Origin: a virus
Lineage: Duplodnaviria; Heunggongvirae; Uroviricota; Caudoviricetes
IMG/VR virus record: IMGVR_UViG_646862326_000004
Length of the DNA: 41,720 nucleotides
Reading direction: 5' to 3' (one strand)
Made by a program: the position numbers and the translations under genes. Below the pieces are notes generated by a model, which ran no database searches, was not told the DNA's origin, and saw only the letters and a list, made by a program, of their open reading frames with translations. Positions 1 to 8,815 of this stretch are shown in pieces; position 1 is the stretch's first letter; the number at the start of each line of letters is the position of its first letter.

Positions 1-1143
1 CTATGCTGTTTTGATATCTACGATAATCCAGTCTTTACCACGATCATCATTGTATCGGTCGGTCATTTTTCTGGATTTATGGCCTAACAACTTTTGCGTA
101 TCCAGACCCTGTTCCCGATATAACCGTTCTGACAGAGATCGCTGCTCATGAAATGTGGGCGCAGTTCCTTGCTCCCATTTTATGCCACATTTTTCCCGGG
201 CCTTTTTAAAAGCCGTTGTCAGAGTATTCGCAGAAACCTGGTCTCCTCTGTTTGCTTGAGAGGTAGTGTGACGGTAATGGACCAGATATTTACTAACAAC
301 AGCATCCCTGCACTGAGATATAACTTCACGAAGGGTAATATTCAGAGCATCGCATTTCAGGTTAAGCGGAATAGCAAGTTTTGAACCGGTTTTTTCCTGA
401 GTAATGTGCAACATGTCGTCCCATATATCAGAGAATTTCAAATTGCAGATATCGCCTAAACGTTGTCCAGTAACAAGAGCAAGTAGCATGCCGCATTTTA
501 AATAGGGCTGCCGTCTGCTTACGCTGTCAAATATTGCCTGCCATTCGGGCAGTGACAATCTTTGGCGGTTTACTCGATTTCGCGGTTGTTTTGTTGCCTG
601 CGCTGGGTTAAATCCTGGCGGAACATGTCCTGCGTGTTGTGCTTCTTTGAAGACGTCGATCAACACCATTCTCACGACTTGCGCCATCCTGTTATGACCT
701 TCAGCCTTTACAGCATCAATTATTTCGGCAATATCAAGTGCGGTAATATCCTTGAGGTGTTGCATTCCACAATGCTCACGGAAAAGACGAATGGGTTTGC
801 CTTTTTGCCGATAGGAGTTGGGTCTTAGTTCATTATGTTGCAGCCTGTCCTCTTGGATAGAAATATATTTATCAAGCCATTCTGTCACCGTAATGTCTGA
901 GCGCCTGCCTTTCATTCTTTCCAGACGCTCATTGACGCTTAATATTTGTCTGGTACGTTGTTCAGCAATAATGGTATTTGCTTCAGTAGCAACTTGTTTT
1001 GCTTCATTCTCATCAGTTCCTAAGCTATGAAAACGACCGGATAGTGGATGTTTGTATTGCCAATATACCTTTCCGGTTCGCTTATCTAATTTGCAATATA
1101 AATTGGGTATAGAGATTTTGTGAGATCGGGGTCTAGCAGCCAT
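1..1143 (-). CDS. int: Phage integrase (tyrosine recombinase)
   Basis: 380-aa ORF at the prophage edge, ATG at 1143, stop at 1..3; position next to an overlapping small excisionase-like gene and overall integrase-like size and sequence character. Catalytic motifs not individually verified. Confidence 0.85.
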   Translation of the reverse strand: MAARPRSHKISIPNLYCKLDKRTGKVYWQYKHPLSGRFHSLGTDENEAKQVATEANTIIAEQRTRQILSVNERLERMKGRRSDITVTEWLDKYISIQEDRLQHNELRPNSYRQKGKPIRLFREHCGMQHLKDITALDIAEIIDAVKAEGHNRMAQVVRMVLIDVFKEAQHAGHVPPGFNPAQATKQPRNRVNRQRLSLPEWQAIFDSVSRRQPYLKCGMLLALVTGQRLGDICNLKFSDIWDDMLHITQEKTGSKLAIPLNLKCDALNITLREVISQCRDAVVSKYLVHYRHTTSQANRGDQVSANTLTTAFKKAREKCGIKWEQGTAPTFHEQRSLSERLYREQGLDTQKLLGHKSRKMTDRYNDDRGKDWIIVDIKTA

Positions 1144-1369
1144 CAGCGATTATCCTTTGGAGTTTTGGGTTTGCGTTTATTGGGAGTTGCGGTTCTGCAA
1201 GCGTTCCTACAAAACGGGAATTTCGGTCAATCATCCAGTAGCGACCAACTTTTATAGCGGGTGGGGCCATCATTTTCCCTTGCGCGTATTTTTTCAGAAC
1301 TCGCTCACTTGGTGCTAAGTCCCCAAATTCTTCTTTAGCCCAGTCCTGTAAAGTGATTAGTCGAGACAT
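1133..1369 (-). CDS. Excisionase-like small DNA-binding protein
   Basis: 78-aa ORF overlapping the int start by 11 nt, strong GAGGAGG Shine-Dalgarno upstream of ATG at 1369; position and size typical of xis. Not the lambda Xis sequence. Confidence 0.55.
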   Translation of the reverse strand: MSRLITLQDWAKEEFGDLAPSERVLKKYAQGKMMAPPAIKVGRYWMIDRNSRFVGTLAEPQLPINANPKLQRIIADGC

Positions 1370-1508
1370 TTGTCCTCCTCTTAGCTGCTGAGGGAGTTTG
1401 TGACCGATATATCTGACATGATATTAAGCTCATGGCAGGTACATCTCTTGACTGGTCATAGAGATAAATTTAATGCTGAGAAATGCAGTATTGAATTTAT
1501 CAATTTTT

Positions 1509-1748
1509 CTATTTCCTGCGCATGTCACGTAACTTCTTAATGTGTTCTGCCGTTTCGATCTCTTCTGCTATCCGATCTGCATCAGCTTTATTCACAGGTT
1601 CAAAGTCATGATTAAAGCGGAACATGCTGGCGATACATGTTCTGCCTTTTCGGATGTAGTGAACTTTGTTGTGGGTAGAACGCAGGATTTTGCAGGGAGT
1701 GCCGTGGTGGTCGACGTACCAGGTGTTAGGGTCAATCACTCTGAACAT
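1509..1748 (-). CDS. Hypothetical protein (accessory gene in the xis-exo interval)
   Basis: 79-aa ORF, ATG start, overlaps the next upstream gene by 17 nt. No family recognised. Confidence 0.4.
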   Translation of the reverse strand: MFRVIDPNTWYVDHHGTPCKILRSTHNKVHYIRKGRTCIASMFRFNHDFEPVNKADADRIAEEIETAEHIKKLRDMRRK

Positions 1749-2058
1749 TCTTGACCTTGTGTTGTGCGGATTGATATTCAGTGCTGATATTCACCTTTAT
1801 AGCGAACACCTTTACCGGTTTATCGCCAAAGTGCGGATGTGTGATTGTCTTCACTTCATATCCGTCATACGGAACATCAATTCTGCGACTGGAATCGTCG
1901 CGCTTCGGATATCCCTTTGTGATAATCAGGCGGTCATATTCCCGGAACATAATTCGCTTATTCCAGTAGTCATTACACAAGCGATACTCTTCCGTTTTCT
2001 CTCCGCGAATCATGGCATCGAAGTATTCACTTTTAACAGCAAGTTGCAGGTTAGCCAT
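1732..2058 (-). CDS. ASCH/DUF3850-like domain protein (tentative)
   Basis: 108 aa from ATG at 2058 (the track start at 2061 is GTG). N-terminal LAVKSEYFDAMIRGEKTEEYR pattern resembles ASCH-like beta-barrel proteins. Its start overlaps the stop of the upstream gene (TGATG). Confidence 0.45.
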   Translation of the reverse strand: MANLQLAVKSEYFDAMIRGEKTEEYRLCNDYWNKRIMFREYDRLIITKGYPKRDDSSRRIDVPYDGYEVKTITHPHFGDKPVKVFAIKVNISTEYQSAQHKVKNVQSD

Positions 2059-2279
2059 CACTTAATCCCCCTTTGTTTGCGGATAAGCTCCAGATCTTGC
2101 TGGCAACTGGCGCAAGTCCGACAACCCTGAACGGCCAGGCGTCTTCGTTCATCTATCGGATCGCCACACTCACAACAATGAGTGGCAGATACAGCCAGGT
2201 AGTTCAGGCGGCGCATTTTTATTGCTGTGTTGCGCTGTAATTCTTCTATTTCTGATGCTGAATCAATGATGTCTGCCAT
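2058..2279 (-). CDS. DksA/TraR-family C4 zinc-finger protein
   Basis: 73 aa with CxxC-(17)-CxxC (CCECGDPIDERRRLAVQGCRTCASC), typical of phage TraR/DksA-like proteins. Confidence 0.6.
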   Translation of the reverse strand: MADIIDSASEIEELQRNTAIKMRRLNYLAVSATHCCECGDPIDERRRLAVQGCRTCASCQQDLELIRKQRGIK

Positions 2280-2332
2280 CTTTCATTAATCCCTGAACTG
2301 TTGGTTAATACGCTTGAGGGTGAATGCGAACA

Positions 2333-2355
2333 ATAAAAAAGGAGCCTGTAGCTCC
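2333..2355 (-). terminator. Intrinsic terminator on the minus strand (tL2-like position)
   Basis: Stem GGAGC/GCTCC with 5-nt loop (2341..2355) followed on the minus strand by TTTTTTAT. Confidence 0.4.
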
Positions 2356-2472
2356 CTGATAATTTTGCTTTTCATGTTCATCGTTCCTTAAAGACGCCGT
2401 TTAACATGCCGATTGCCAGGCTTAAATGAGTCGGTGTGAATCCCTTCAGCGTTACCGTTTCGCGGTGCTTCT

Positions 2473-2655
2473 TCAGTACGCTACGGCAAATGTCATTGAC
2501 GTTTTTGGAAACTGCTGTCTGACTTTTTTGATTTCAGAATTAGCCTGACGGGCAATGCTGCGAAGGGCGTTTTCTTGCTGAGGTGTCACTGAACAAGCCC
2601 CATGTCGGCAAGCATAAGCACACAGAATATGAAGCCCGCTGCCAGAAAAATGCAT
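2473..2655 (-). CDS. Small hypothetical protein at the lambda orf61 position
   Basis: 60-aa ORF with ATG start, placed where lambda has orf61. Sequence not recognised; could be non-coding. Confidence 0.3.
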   Translation of the reverse strand: MHFSGSGLHILCAYACRHGACSVTPQQENALRSIARQANSEIKKVRQQFPKTSMTFAVAY

Positions 2656-2665
2656 TCAGTGGTTG

Positions 2666-2857
2666 TCATACCTGGTCTCTCTCATCTGCTTCTGCTTTCG
2701 CCACCATCATTTCCAGCTTTTGTGAAAGGGATGTGGCTAACGTATGAAATTCTTCGTCTGTTTCTGCTGGTATTGGCACAAACCTGACTCCAATTTGAGC
2801 AAGGCTATGTGCCAAATCAATACTCGTTCTTAACTCAACAGGAGATGCTTTGTGCAT
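2666..2857 (-). CDS. Lambda orf63-like protein
   Basis: 63 aa; overlaps orf60a-like by 28 nt exactly as the lambda orf63/orf60a pair does; sequence matches my memory of lambda orf63. Confidence 0.5.
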   Translation of the reverse strand: MHKASPVELRTSIDLAHSLAQIGVRFVPIPAETDEEFHTLATSLSQKLEMMVAKAEADERDQV

Positions 2858-3012
2858 ACCGCCCCCCGTTTATTATTTATCTCCTCAGCCAGCCGCTGGG
2901 CTTTCAGCGGATTTCGGATAACAGAAAGACCGTGAAATACCCAGCCTCGCTTTGTAACGGAGTAGACGAAAGTGATCGCGCCTACCCGGATATTATCGTG
3001 AGGATGGGTCAT
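2830..3012 (-). CDS. Lambda orf60a-like protein
   Basis: 60 aa from ATG at 3012, which overlaps the exo stop in an ATGA arrangement (the track start at 3018 is upstream in the same frame). Confidence 0.5.
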   Translation of the reverse strand: MTHPHDNIRVGAITFVYSVTKRGWVFHGLSVIRNPLKAQRLAEEINNKRGAVCTKHLLLS

Positions 3013-3689
3013 CGCCATTGCTCTCCAAATACAAAACCAATTTCAGCCAGTGCTTCGTCCATTTTTTCGATGAACTCCGGCACCATCTCGTCAAAACTCG
3101 CCATGTACTTTTCATCCCGCTCAACCACGACATAATGCAGGCCTTCACGCTTCATTCGTGGGTCATAGTTGGCAAAGTACCAGGCATCTTTTCGTGTCAC
3201 CCACATGCTGTACTGCACCTGGGCCATGTAAGCCGACTTTATGGCCTCGAAACCACCGAGCCGGAACTTCATGAAATCCCGGGAGGTAAACGGGCATTTC
3301 AGCTCAAGGCCATTGCCGTCACTGCATAAACCATCGGGAGAGCAGGCGGTGCGCATACTTTCGTCGCGATAGATGATCGGGGATTCAGTAACATTCACGC
3401 CGGAAGTGAATTCAAACAGGGTTCTGGCGTCGTTCTCGTACTGTTTTCCCCACGCCAGCGCCTTAGCATTAACTTCCGGAGCCACACCGGTGCAAACCTC
3501 AGCCAGCAGGGTGTGGAAGTAGGACATTTTCATGTCAGGCCACTTCTTTCCTGAGCGGGGCTTTGCTATCACGTTGTGAACTTCTGAAGCGGTGATGACG
3601 CCGAGCCGTAATTTGTGCCATGCATCATCCCCCTGTTCGACAGCTCTCACGTCGATCCCGGTACGCTGCAGGATAATGTCCGGTGTCAT
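3009..3689 (-). CDS. exo: Lambda exonuclease (Red alpha)
   Basis: 226 aa, [40 protein letters not shown]... near-identical to lambda Exo as recalled; start overlaps bet stop. Confidence 0.95.
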   Translation of the reverse strand: MTPDIILQRTGIDVRAVEQGDDAWHKLRLGVITASEVHNVIAKPRSGKKWPDMKMSYFHTLLAEVCTGVAPEVNAKALAWGKQYENDARTLFEFTSGVNVTESPIIYRDESMRTACSPDGLCSDGNGLELKCPFTSRDFMKFRLGGFEAIKSAYMAQVQYSMWVTRKDAWYFANYDPRMKREGLHYVVVERDEKYMASFDEMVPEFIEKMDEALAEIGFVFGEQWR

Positions 3690-4471
3690 GCTGCCACCTT
3701 CTGCTCAGTGGCTTTCTGTTTCAGGAATCCAAGAGCTTTCACTGCTTCGGCCTGTGTCAGTTCTGACGATGCGCGAATGTCGCGGCGAAATATCTGGGAA
3801 CAGAGCGGCAATAAGTCGTCATCCCATGTTTTGTCCAGGGCAATCAGCAGAGTGTTAATCTCCTGCATGGTTTCATCGTTAACCGGAGTGATGTCGCGTT
3901 CCGGCTGACGTTCTGCAGTGTATGCGGTATTTTCGACAATGCGCTCGGCTTCATCCTTGTCATAGATACCAGCAAATCCGAAGGCCAGACGGGCACACTG
4001 AATCATGGCTTTATGCCGTAACATCCGTTTGGGATGCGACTGCCACGGCCCCGTGATTTCTCTGCCTTCGCGGGTTTTGAATGGTTCGCGGCGGCATTCA
4101 TCCATCCACTCGGTAACGCAGATCGGATGATTGCGGTCTTTGCGGTAAATCCGGCATGTACATGATTCATTGTCCTGCTCAAAGTCCATACCATCAAACT
4201 GCTGGTTTTCATTGATGATGCGGGACCAGCCATCAACGCCCACCACCGGAACAATGCCGTTCTGCTTATCAGGGAAGGCGTAAATTTCTTTCGTCCACGG
4301 ATTAAGGCCGTACTGGTTGGCGACGATCAACAATGCGATGAACTGCGCATCGCTGGCATCACCTTTAAATGCCGTCTGGCGAAGAGTGGTGATCAGTTCC
4401 TGTGGGTCGACAGAATCCATGCCGACACGTTCAGCCAGCTTCCCTGCCAGCGTTGCGAGTGCTGTACTCAT
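3686..4471 (-). CDS. bet: Bet single-strand annealing protein (Red beta)
   Basis: 261 aa, [37 protein letters not shown]... matches lambda Bet in sequence and length. Confidence 0.95.
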   Translation of the reverse strand: MSTALATLAGKLAERVGMDSVDPQELITTLRQTAFKGDASDAQFIALLIVANQYGLNPWTKEIYAFPDKQNGIVPVVGVDGWSRIINENQQFDGMDFEQDNESCTCRIYRKDRNHPICVTEWMDECRREPFKTREGREITGPWQSHPKRMLRHKAMIQCARLAFGFAGIYDKDEAERIVENTAYTAERQPERDITPVNDETMQEINTLLIALDKTWDDDLLPLCSQIFRRDIRASSELTQAEAVKALGFLKQKATEQKVAA

Positions 4472-4476
4472 CCGTT

Positions 4477-4773
4477 TTATACCTCTGAATCAATATCAGC
4501 CTGATGGTGAGCAATGGTTTCAACTATGTACCGGATGTGTTCTGCCATGCGCTCCTGAAACTCAACATCGTCATCAAACGCACGGGTAATGGCTTTTTTG
4601 CTGGCCCCGTGGCGTTGTAAATGATCGATGCATAGCGATTCAAACAGGTGCTGGGGCAGGCCTTTTTCCATGTCGTCTGCCAGTTCTGCCTCTTTCTCTT
4701 CACGGGCGATCTGCTGGTAGTGACGCGCCCAGCTCTGAGCCTCAAGACGATCCTGAATGTAATAAGCGTTCAT
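4477..4773 (-). CDS. gam: Gam RecBCD inhibitor (short form)
   Basis: 98 aa, [21 protein letters not shown]... matches the lambda GamS portion. Confidence 0.9.
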   Translation of the reverse strand: MNAYYIQDRLEAQSWARHYQQIAREEKEAELADDMEKGLPQHLFESLCIDHLQRHGASKKAITRAFDDDVEFQERMAEHIRYIVETIAHHQADIDSEV

Positions 4774-4848
4774 GGCTGAACTCCTGAAAATGGCTGTGAA
4801 AATATCGCCCGCGAAATGCCAGGCTGATTAGGAAAACAGGAAAGGGGG

Positions 4849-4992
4849 TTAGTGAATGCTTTTGCTTGATCTCAGTTTCAGTATTAATATCCATTTTTTA
4901 TAAGCGTCGACGGCCTCACGAAACATCTTTTCATCGCCAATAAAAGTGGCGATAGTGAATTTAGTCTGGATAGCCATAATTGTTTGATCCAT
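4849..4992 (-). CDS. kil: Kil host-killing / FtsZ-inhibitor peptide
   Basis: 47 aa from internal ATG ([47 protein letters not shown]) matching lambda Kil; the track ORF 4849..5118 is an upstream in-frame extension. Confidence 0.8.
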   Translation of the reverse strand: MDQTIMAIQTKFTIATFIGDEKMFREAVDAYKKWILILKLRSSKSIH

Positions 4993-5125
4993 TTTTTGGG
5001 ACTCCTGGCTGATTAAGTATGTCGATAAGGCGTTTCCATCCGTCACGTAATTTACGGGTGATTCGTTCAAGTAAAGATTCGGAAGGGCAGCCAGCAACAG
5101 GCCACCCTGCAATGGCATATTGCAT
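4961..5125 (-). CDS. cIII: cIII (FtsH inhibitor, lysogeny promotion)
   Basis: Hand-translated 54-aa ORF not in the track: [54 protein letters not shown], matching lambda CIII; overlaps the kil start as in lambda. Confidence 0.8.
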   Translation of the reverse strand: MQYAIAGWPVAGCPSESLLERITRKLRDGWKRLIDILNQPGVPKNGSNNYGYPD

Positions 5126-5197
5126 GGTGTGCTCCTTATTTATACATAACGAAAAACGCCTCGAGTGAAGCGTAATTGGTATGCGGTAACGCCGCGC

Positions 5198-5566
5198 TCA
5201 GGCGGCCTTGATAGTCATATCATCTGAATCAAATATTCCTGATGTATCGATATCGGTAATTCTTATTCCTTCACTACCATCCATTGGAGGCCATCCTTCC
5301 TGACCATTTCCATCATTCCAGTCGAACTCACACACAACACCATATGCATTTAAGTCGCTTGAAATTGCTATAAGCAGAGCATGTTGCGCCAGCATGATTA
5401 ATACAGCATTTAATACAGAGCCGTGTTTATTGAGTCGGTATTCAGAGTCTGACCAGAAATTATTAATCTGGTGAAGTTTTTCCTCTGTCATTACGTCATG
5501 GTCAATTTCAATTTCTATTGATGCTTTCCAGTCGTAATCAATGATGTATTTTTTGATGTTTGACAT
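5198..5566 (-). CDS. ea10: Ea10-like protein
   Basis: 122 aa, same length and position as lambda ea10 between cIII and ral; sequence consistent with my memory of lambda Ea10. Confidence 0.7.
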   Translation of the reverse strand: MSNIKKYIIDYDWKASIEIEIDHDVMTEEKLHQINNFWSDSEYRLNKHGSVLNAVLIMLAQHALLIAISSDLNAYGVVCEFDWNDGNGQEGWPPMDGSEGIRITDIDTSGIFDSDDMTIKAA

Positions 5567-5748
5567 CTATTCATATCCTCATAGATAAAAAATCGCCCTC
5601 ACACTGGAGGGCAAAGAAGATTTCCAATAATCAGAACAAGTCGGCTCCTGTTTAGTTACGAGCGACATTGCTCCGTGTATTCACTCGTTGGAATGAATAC
5701 ACAGTGCAGTGTTTATTCTGTTATTTATGCCAAAAATAAAGGCCACTA

Positions 5749-5949
5749 TCAGGCAGCTTTGTTGTTCTGTTTACCAAGTTCTCTGGCAATCATTGCCGTC
5801 GTTCGTATTGCCCATTTATCGACATATTTCCCATCTTCCATTACAGGAAACATTTCTTCAGGCTTAACCATGCATTCCGATTGCAGCTTGCATCCATTGC
5901 ATCGTTTGAATTGTCCACACCATTGATTTGTATCAATAGTCGTAGTCAT
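5749..5949 (-). CDS. ral: Ral restriction-alleviation protein
   Basis: 66 aa, MTTTIDTNQWCGQFKRCNGCKLQSECMVKPEEMFPVMEDGKYVDKW... matches lambda Ral. Confidence 0.8.
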   Translation of the reverse strand: MTTTIDTNQWCGQFKRCNGCKLQSECMVKPEEMFPVMEDGKYVDKWAIRTTAMIARELGKQNNKAA

Positions 5950-6162
5950 ACGGATAGTCCTGGTATTGTTCCATCACATCTTGAGGATGCTCTTCGAACT
6001 CTTCAAATTCTTCTTCCATATATCACCTTAAATAGTGGATTGCGGTAGTAAAGATTGTGCCTGTCTTTTAACCACATCAGGCTCGGTGGTTCTCGTGTAC
6101 CCCTACAACGAGAAATCGGATAAACTCTATTCACCCCTACAGAGAGCAAAAGAGAAACGCCG

Positions 6163-6744
6163 ATGAACAACTCATGGTGGCAGGAACTAATGCATTTTTT
6201 CCTGCAAGGAATGACACTTAAACAGTTGATTCATATGCTAATCATCCTGATCATATTGATTATTGTTATGCCGGTAAGCGTAAAAGAATGGATAAACCTG
6301 CATAATCCAGAAATCCTTCCTCATTACTGGATGTATTACATCCTGTTGTTTTGCGTTAGCTATGTGCTTAACGGCGTTGTTAATTCCGCTTATCACGCTG
6401 TGACTGAAAGAATTGAGGTATTCGCTGCTCAGAAGCGCAAATCTAAAGAAGAAAAATATGTGCAAGATTTGTTTGATTCGTTAACTCTTGGAGAAAGAGC
6501 GTATTTGGCATTCGCTGTAGCCGCTAATAACCAGCTACAAACGGAAAAGGGCGCTCATGAATCAATTTCATTGCTCAAAAAAGGACTCCTCGTTCGAAGG
6601 CCTCCTGCTGTTGGATATCCTGATACCGACCGTTTCGTTATCCCTGAAAGCTATAGACATGAGTGCTACATTAGGTTTGCCGGGAAGGCAGACAGCCTTA
6701 TGGATGAACTTATCGCTCAGGATAAGCATGGCAAAAACAAGTAA
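6163..6744 (+). CDS. sieB: Superinfection exclusion protein B
   Basis: 193 aa, MNNSWWQELMHFFLQGMTLKQLIHMLIILIILIIVMPVSV... with N-terminal membrane segments, on the opposite strand inside the leftward operon as in lambda. Confidence 0.85.
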   Translation: MNNSWWQELMHFFLQGMTLKQLIHMLIILIILIIVMPVSVKEWINLHNPEILPHYWMYYILLFCVSYVLNGVVNSAYHAVTERIEVFAAQKRKSKEEKYVQDLFDSLTLGERAYLAFAVAANNQLQTEKGAHESISLLKKGLLVRRPPAVGYPDTDRFVIPESYRHECYIRFAGKADSLMDELIAQDKHGKNK

Positions 6745-6760
6745 TTAGCAAATGAATTTA

Positions 6761-7033
6761 TCATCTCGCCGTCAGTTGTTTTGATTTCCGGTAGCCTGCC
6801 GCGTAAAGAGCTACGTTCGGAAGACAAGTTGAACCTTCATATTTTCTGGTCAACGTTGTCAGAGTTATCACTTCTGCTCTCATTGCTGGTTTGAGCTTGC
6901 ATTGCAAGACCACTCGTGAAGGGGTTGGCCTGTGTAGCTTGTCGGAGCTGATCGCCTCCTGACTTTGCAGATTTGCGCGACGAGCTCTACGGCGAGAAGC
7001 TGCGGTGCCTTTAAATTCTGTTTTTCTGGACAT
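6761..7033 (-). CDS. N: N-type transcription antiterminator (P22 gene-24-like)
   Basis: 90 aa from ATG at 7033, with an N-terminal Arg-rich motif (GTAASRRRARRANLQ) and C-terminus PNVALYAAGYRKSKQLTAR resembling P22 gp24. The track start at 7105 would bury the Arg-rich motif and is less likely. Confidence 0.7.
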   Translation of the reverse strand: MSRKTEFKGTAASRRRARRANLQSQEAISSDKLHRPTPSRVVLQCKLKPAMRAEVITLTTLTRKYEGSTCLPNVALYAAGYRKSKQLTAR

Positions 7034-7141
7034 GGATTCCTCCCGAATAAACTTTGGCGATGCAATCTCGAAGCTCCTCCTGAGACGGTTGCTTCGGCAT
7101 TGCATCCCACAGCTTATGTGGTTGGGTGATCTGGCTTTTCA

Positions 7142-7155
7142 GCCACGTAGTCGAG
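7142..7155 (-). promoter_or_regulatory. Candidate nutL boxB hairpin
   Basis: On the minus strand, TGGCT-GAAA-AGCCA stem-loop about 110 nt upstream of the N start. Confidence 0.3.
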
Positions 7156-7199
7156 AGTCGACGTTGTTTAAAGAGCCTGCCAGTCTGTTCCATTTGGCT

Positions 7200-7300
7200 T
7201 CCAGCGTCCTGCTGACGGTTAAATAGTACGATATGTACTTTACAAGATCAATACAATTTGTTGTAAGTTGGCGTGGTTTTTTATAACGCTTTGTATTTAA
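7200..7300 (-). promoter_or_regulatory. Candidate pL/OL operator-promoter region
   Basis: Inverted repeat AGTAC-GATAT-GTACT at 7225..7239 and ATGTACTTT at 7233..7241, similar to motifs in the cI-cro intergenic region; upstream of N. Confidence 0.35.
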
Positions 7301-7438
7301 TAGTGTTGTTTTTTAGCGTGGATGTATTGCCTCGGCGATGTAAGGAGAGATCAGAATTGCGTGGTTTAGTGGGTTGCATCTATTTATTTTTCAATAAATA
7401 TAATTGGTTATGTGTTTTTAGGTGGGCGAACGTGAGGC

Positions 7439-7464
7439 AAAGAAAACCCGGCGCTGAGGCCGGG
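7439..7464 (-). terminator. Intrinsic terminator ending the cI-proximal operon (tImm-like)
   Basis: CCCGGC-GCTGAG-GCCGGG hairpin (7447..7464) followed on the minus strand by TTTTCTTT, a few nt after the 250-aa ORF stop. Confidence 0.55.
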
Positions 7465-7469
7465 TTGTA

Positions 7470-8222
7470 TTATGCTGCAAGTCTCTTAACCCAAGTCTCT
7501 CTTTTGGAGAATGGTAGAACTTGGCTTGATTCATGGAAGAGTAAGGAGAGTTGTTGCATTTGATCACCAATTGCTTCGCTGTCTATAACAACAAATCTGT
7601 TGTTATACTCCTCACTTGAAGCTTTAAGATCAATTAGTTTCCCAAGCAATGAGTAAGCACTATTCCAGCTTCCTCCGTGTTTCACGCTTGATGTAAAAAC
7701 GTATTTAGGTATGTCGGTTTTTATTGTTACAGGGACGGTAATTTGATGTCCACTCAAGCCATATACGTTTTCACGAAGAGAAAGTGCGTCTCTAAGCTCT
7801 GTGTGATATAGATAATCAATAACCATACTTTCAAACTTTTCAGCTTGAACTGGCTGATACCAGTCTAACGACAAAGTTGATGCGAGTATACCAGCTCTAA
7901 TTATGTTCGATGTAATCGCACCGACATCCTTTTCTGTTGCCCAAGCAATGATTTCTCCTCGAGCATTGAGTTCTGCGCCTTCTTTAAGCAGTAATTGTCG
8001 TATCTCATCAAGTCGTTTTTTGGTAAGCGAGATCCCTCTTGCCTCCATATTCATTAAGGCATCGCATCTGTCACTAACTAAATACCTACCATTGACTTCA
8101 CGGATAAAGGCACCGACATGCTCTCCATCATCACAGTAAGTGAATGGACTGATAATTCTCAAGGTCTTGCCTATTGGATGGCATTCGAAACCTAGTTGTG
8201 AGATCACTGTTGAGCACATCAT
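7470..8222 (-). CDS. Hypothetical 250-aa protein, second gene of the rexAB-position operon
   Basis: ATG at 8222 overlaps the stop of the upstream ORF (ATGA); no obvious transmembrane segment; no family recognised. Confidence 0.6.
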   Translation of the reverse strand: MMCSTVISQLGFECHPIGKTLRIISPFTYCDDGEHVGAFIREVNGRYLVSDRCDALMNMEARGISLTKKRLDEIRQLLLKEGAELNARGEIIAWATEKDVGAITSNIIRAGILASTLSLDWYQPVQAEKFESMVIDYLYHTELRDALSLRENVYGLSGHQITVPVTIKTDIPKYVFTSSVKHGGSWNSAYSLLGKLIDLKASSEEYNNRFVVIDSEAIGDQMQQLSLLFHESSQVLPFSKRETWVKRLAA

Positions 8223-8776
8223 ATTCCAAACCCCATTTGCCCCGACTCATCTTCAAGCGGTAAAGGTATTCTCCCAGAGTAAGTTATGTTCAGATGTTTA
8301 CAGAAGTAATTCCAATACCCTACCAGGTCATCTGGGTTTATGTCATCTTCGATTGGAAACGCTATTCTATCACTATAGTATCCAGCTTCTTCATAGTATA
8401 CATGGTAGTGAGCACCGTAAATGATATCTTGGTACTTCGGATGATCGACCTTGTAACTATTCGTGTGTTTGTCAAAGTGATAGGTATCTACCGCGAAAAC
8501 CCTCTTGTTATGATAGAAAGCAATAATATTTATTTTAGGGTAAGAAATCGGGTCATCAGGTTCTGAATCCTGATCTGGTTTCCATTTCAGTTCAAACTTT
8601 AGCCCTTGTATAGGTATACAATCCTCATCCAAGGGGATGATATGGGCTTGTAGCCACATATCAGAGCGACTTGGTTTCTGTTTCCATTTAACGCCAGAAA
8701 AGTTAACTATTTTTTTACAATAAAGTACTTTATCAACTTCTACTTGGCTTGGCTGATAATCATCTATTTTTGCCAA
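8219..8776 (-). CDS. Hypothetical 185-aa protein, first gene of the rexAB-position operon
   Basis: ORF beginning 39 nt after the cI stop; the track start at 8776 is TTG with a weak GGGCGG upstream, and the first in-frame ATG is at codon 40, so the start is uncertain. Rich in Tyr/His/Trp; no family recognised. Confidence 0.5.
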   Translation of the reverse strand: MAKIDDYQPSQVEVDKVLYCKKIVNFSGVKWKQKPSRSDMWLQAHIIPLDEDCIPIQGLKFELKWKPDQDSEPDDPISYPKINIIAFYHNKRVFAVDTYHFDKHTNSYKVDHPKYQDIIYGAHYHVYYEEAGYYSDRIAFPIEDDINPDDLVGYWNYFCKHLNITYSGRIPLPLEDESGQMGFGI

Positions 8777-8815
8777 TGTTTACCGCCCTGTAAATTGTAG
8801 ATAAAAGTGGTTTCA

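Noticed and set aside
1666-2130. 154-aa plus-strand ORF antisense to the ASCH-like and DksA-like genes
   Set aside because: Opposes a coherent minus-strand operon with coupled start/stop overlaps; no independent evidence.
2266-2366. 30-aa minus-strand mini-ORF between orf61-like and the DksA-like gene
   Set aside because: Its coding span contains the putative intrinsic terminator hairpin and U-tract; more likely non-coding.
7273-7563. 96-aa plus-strand ORF across the pL/OL region and the tImm-like terminator
   Set aside because: Overlaps a regulatory region and a terminator hairpin, has no ribosome-binding site and runs into the 250-aa gene on the other strand.
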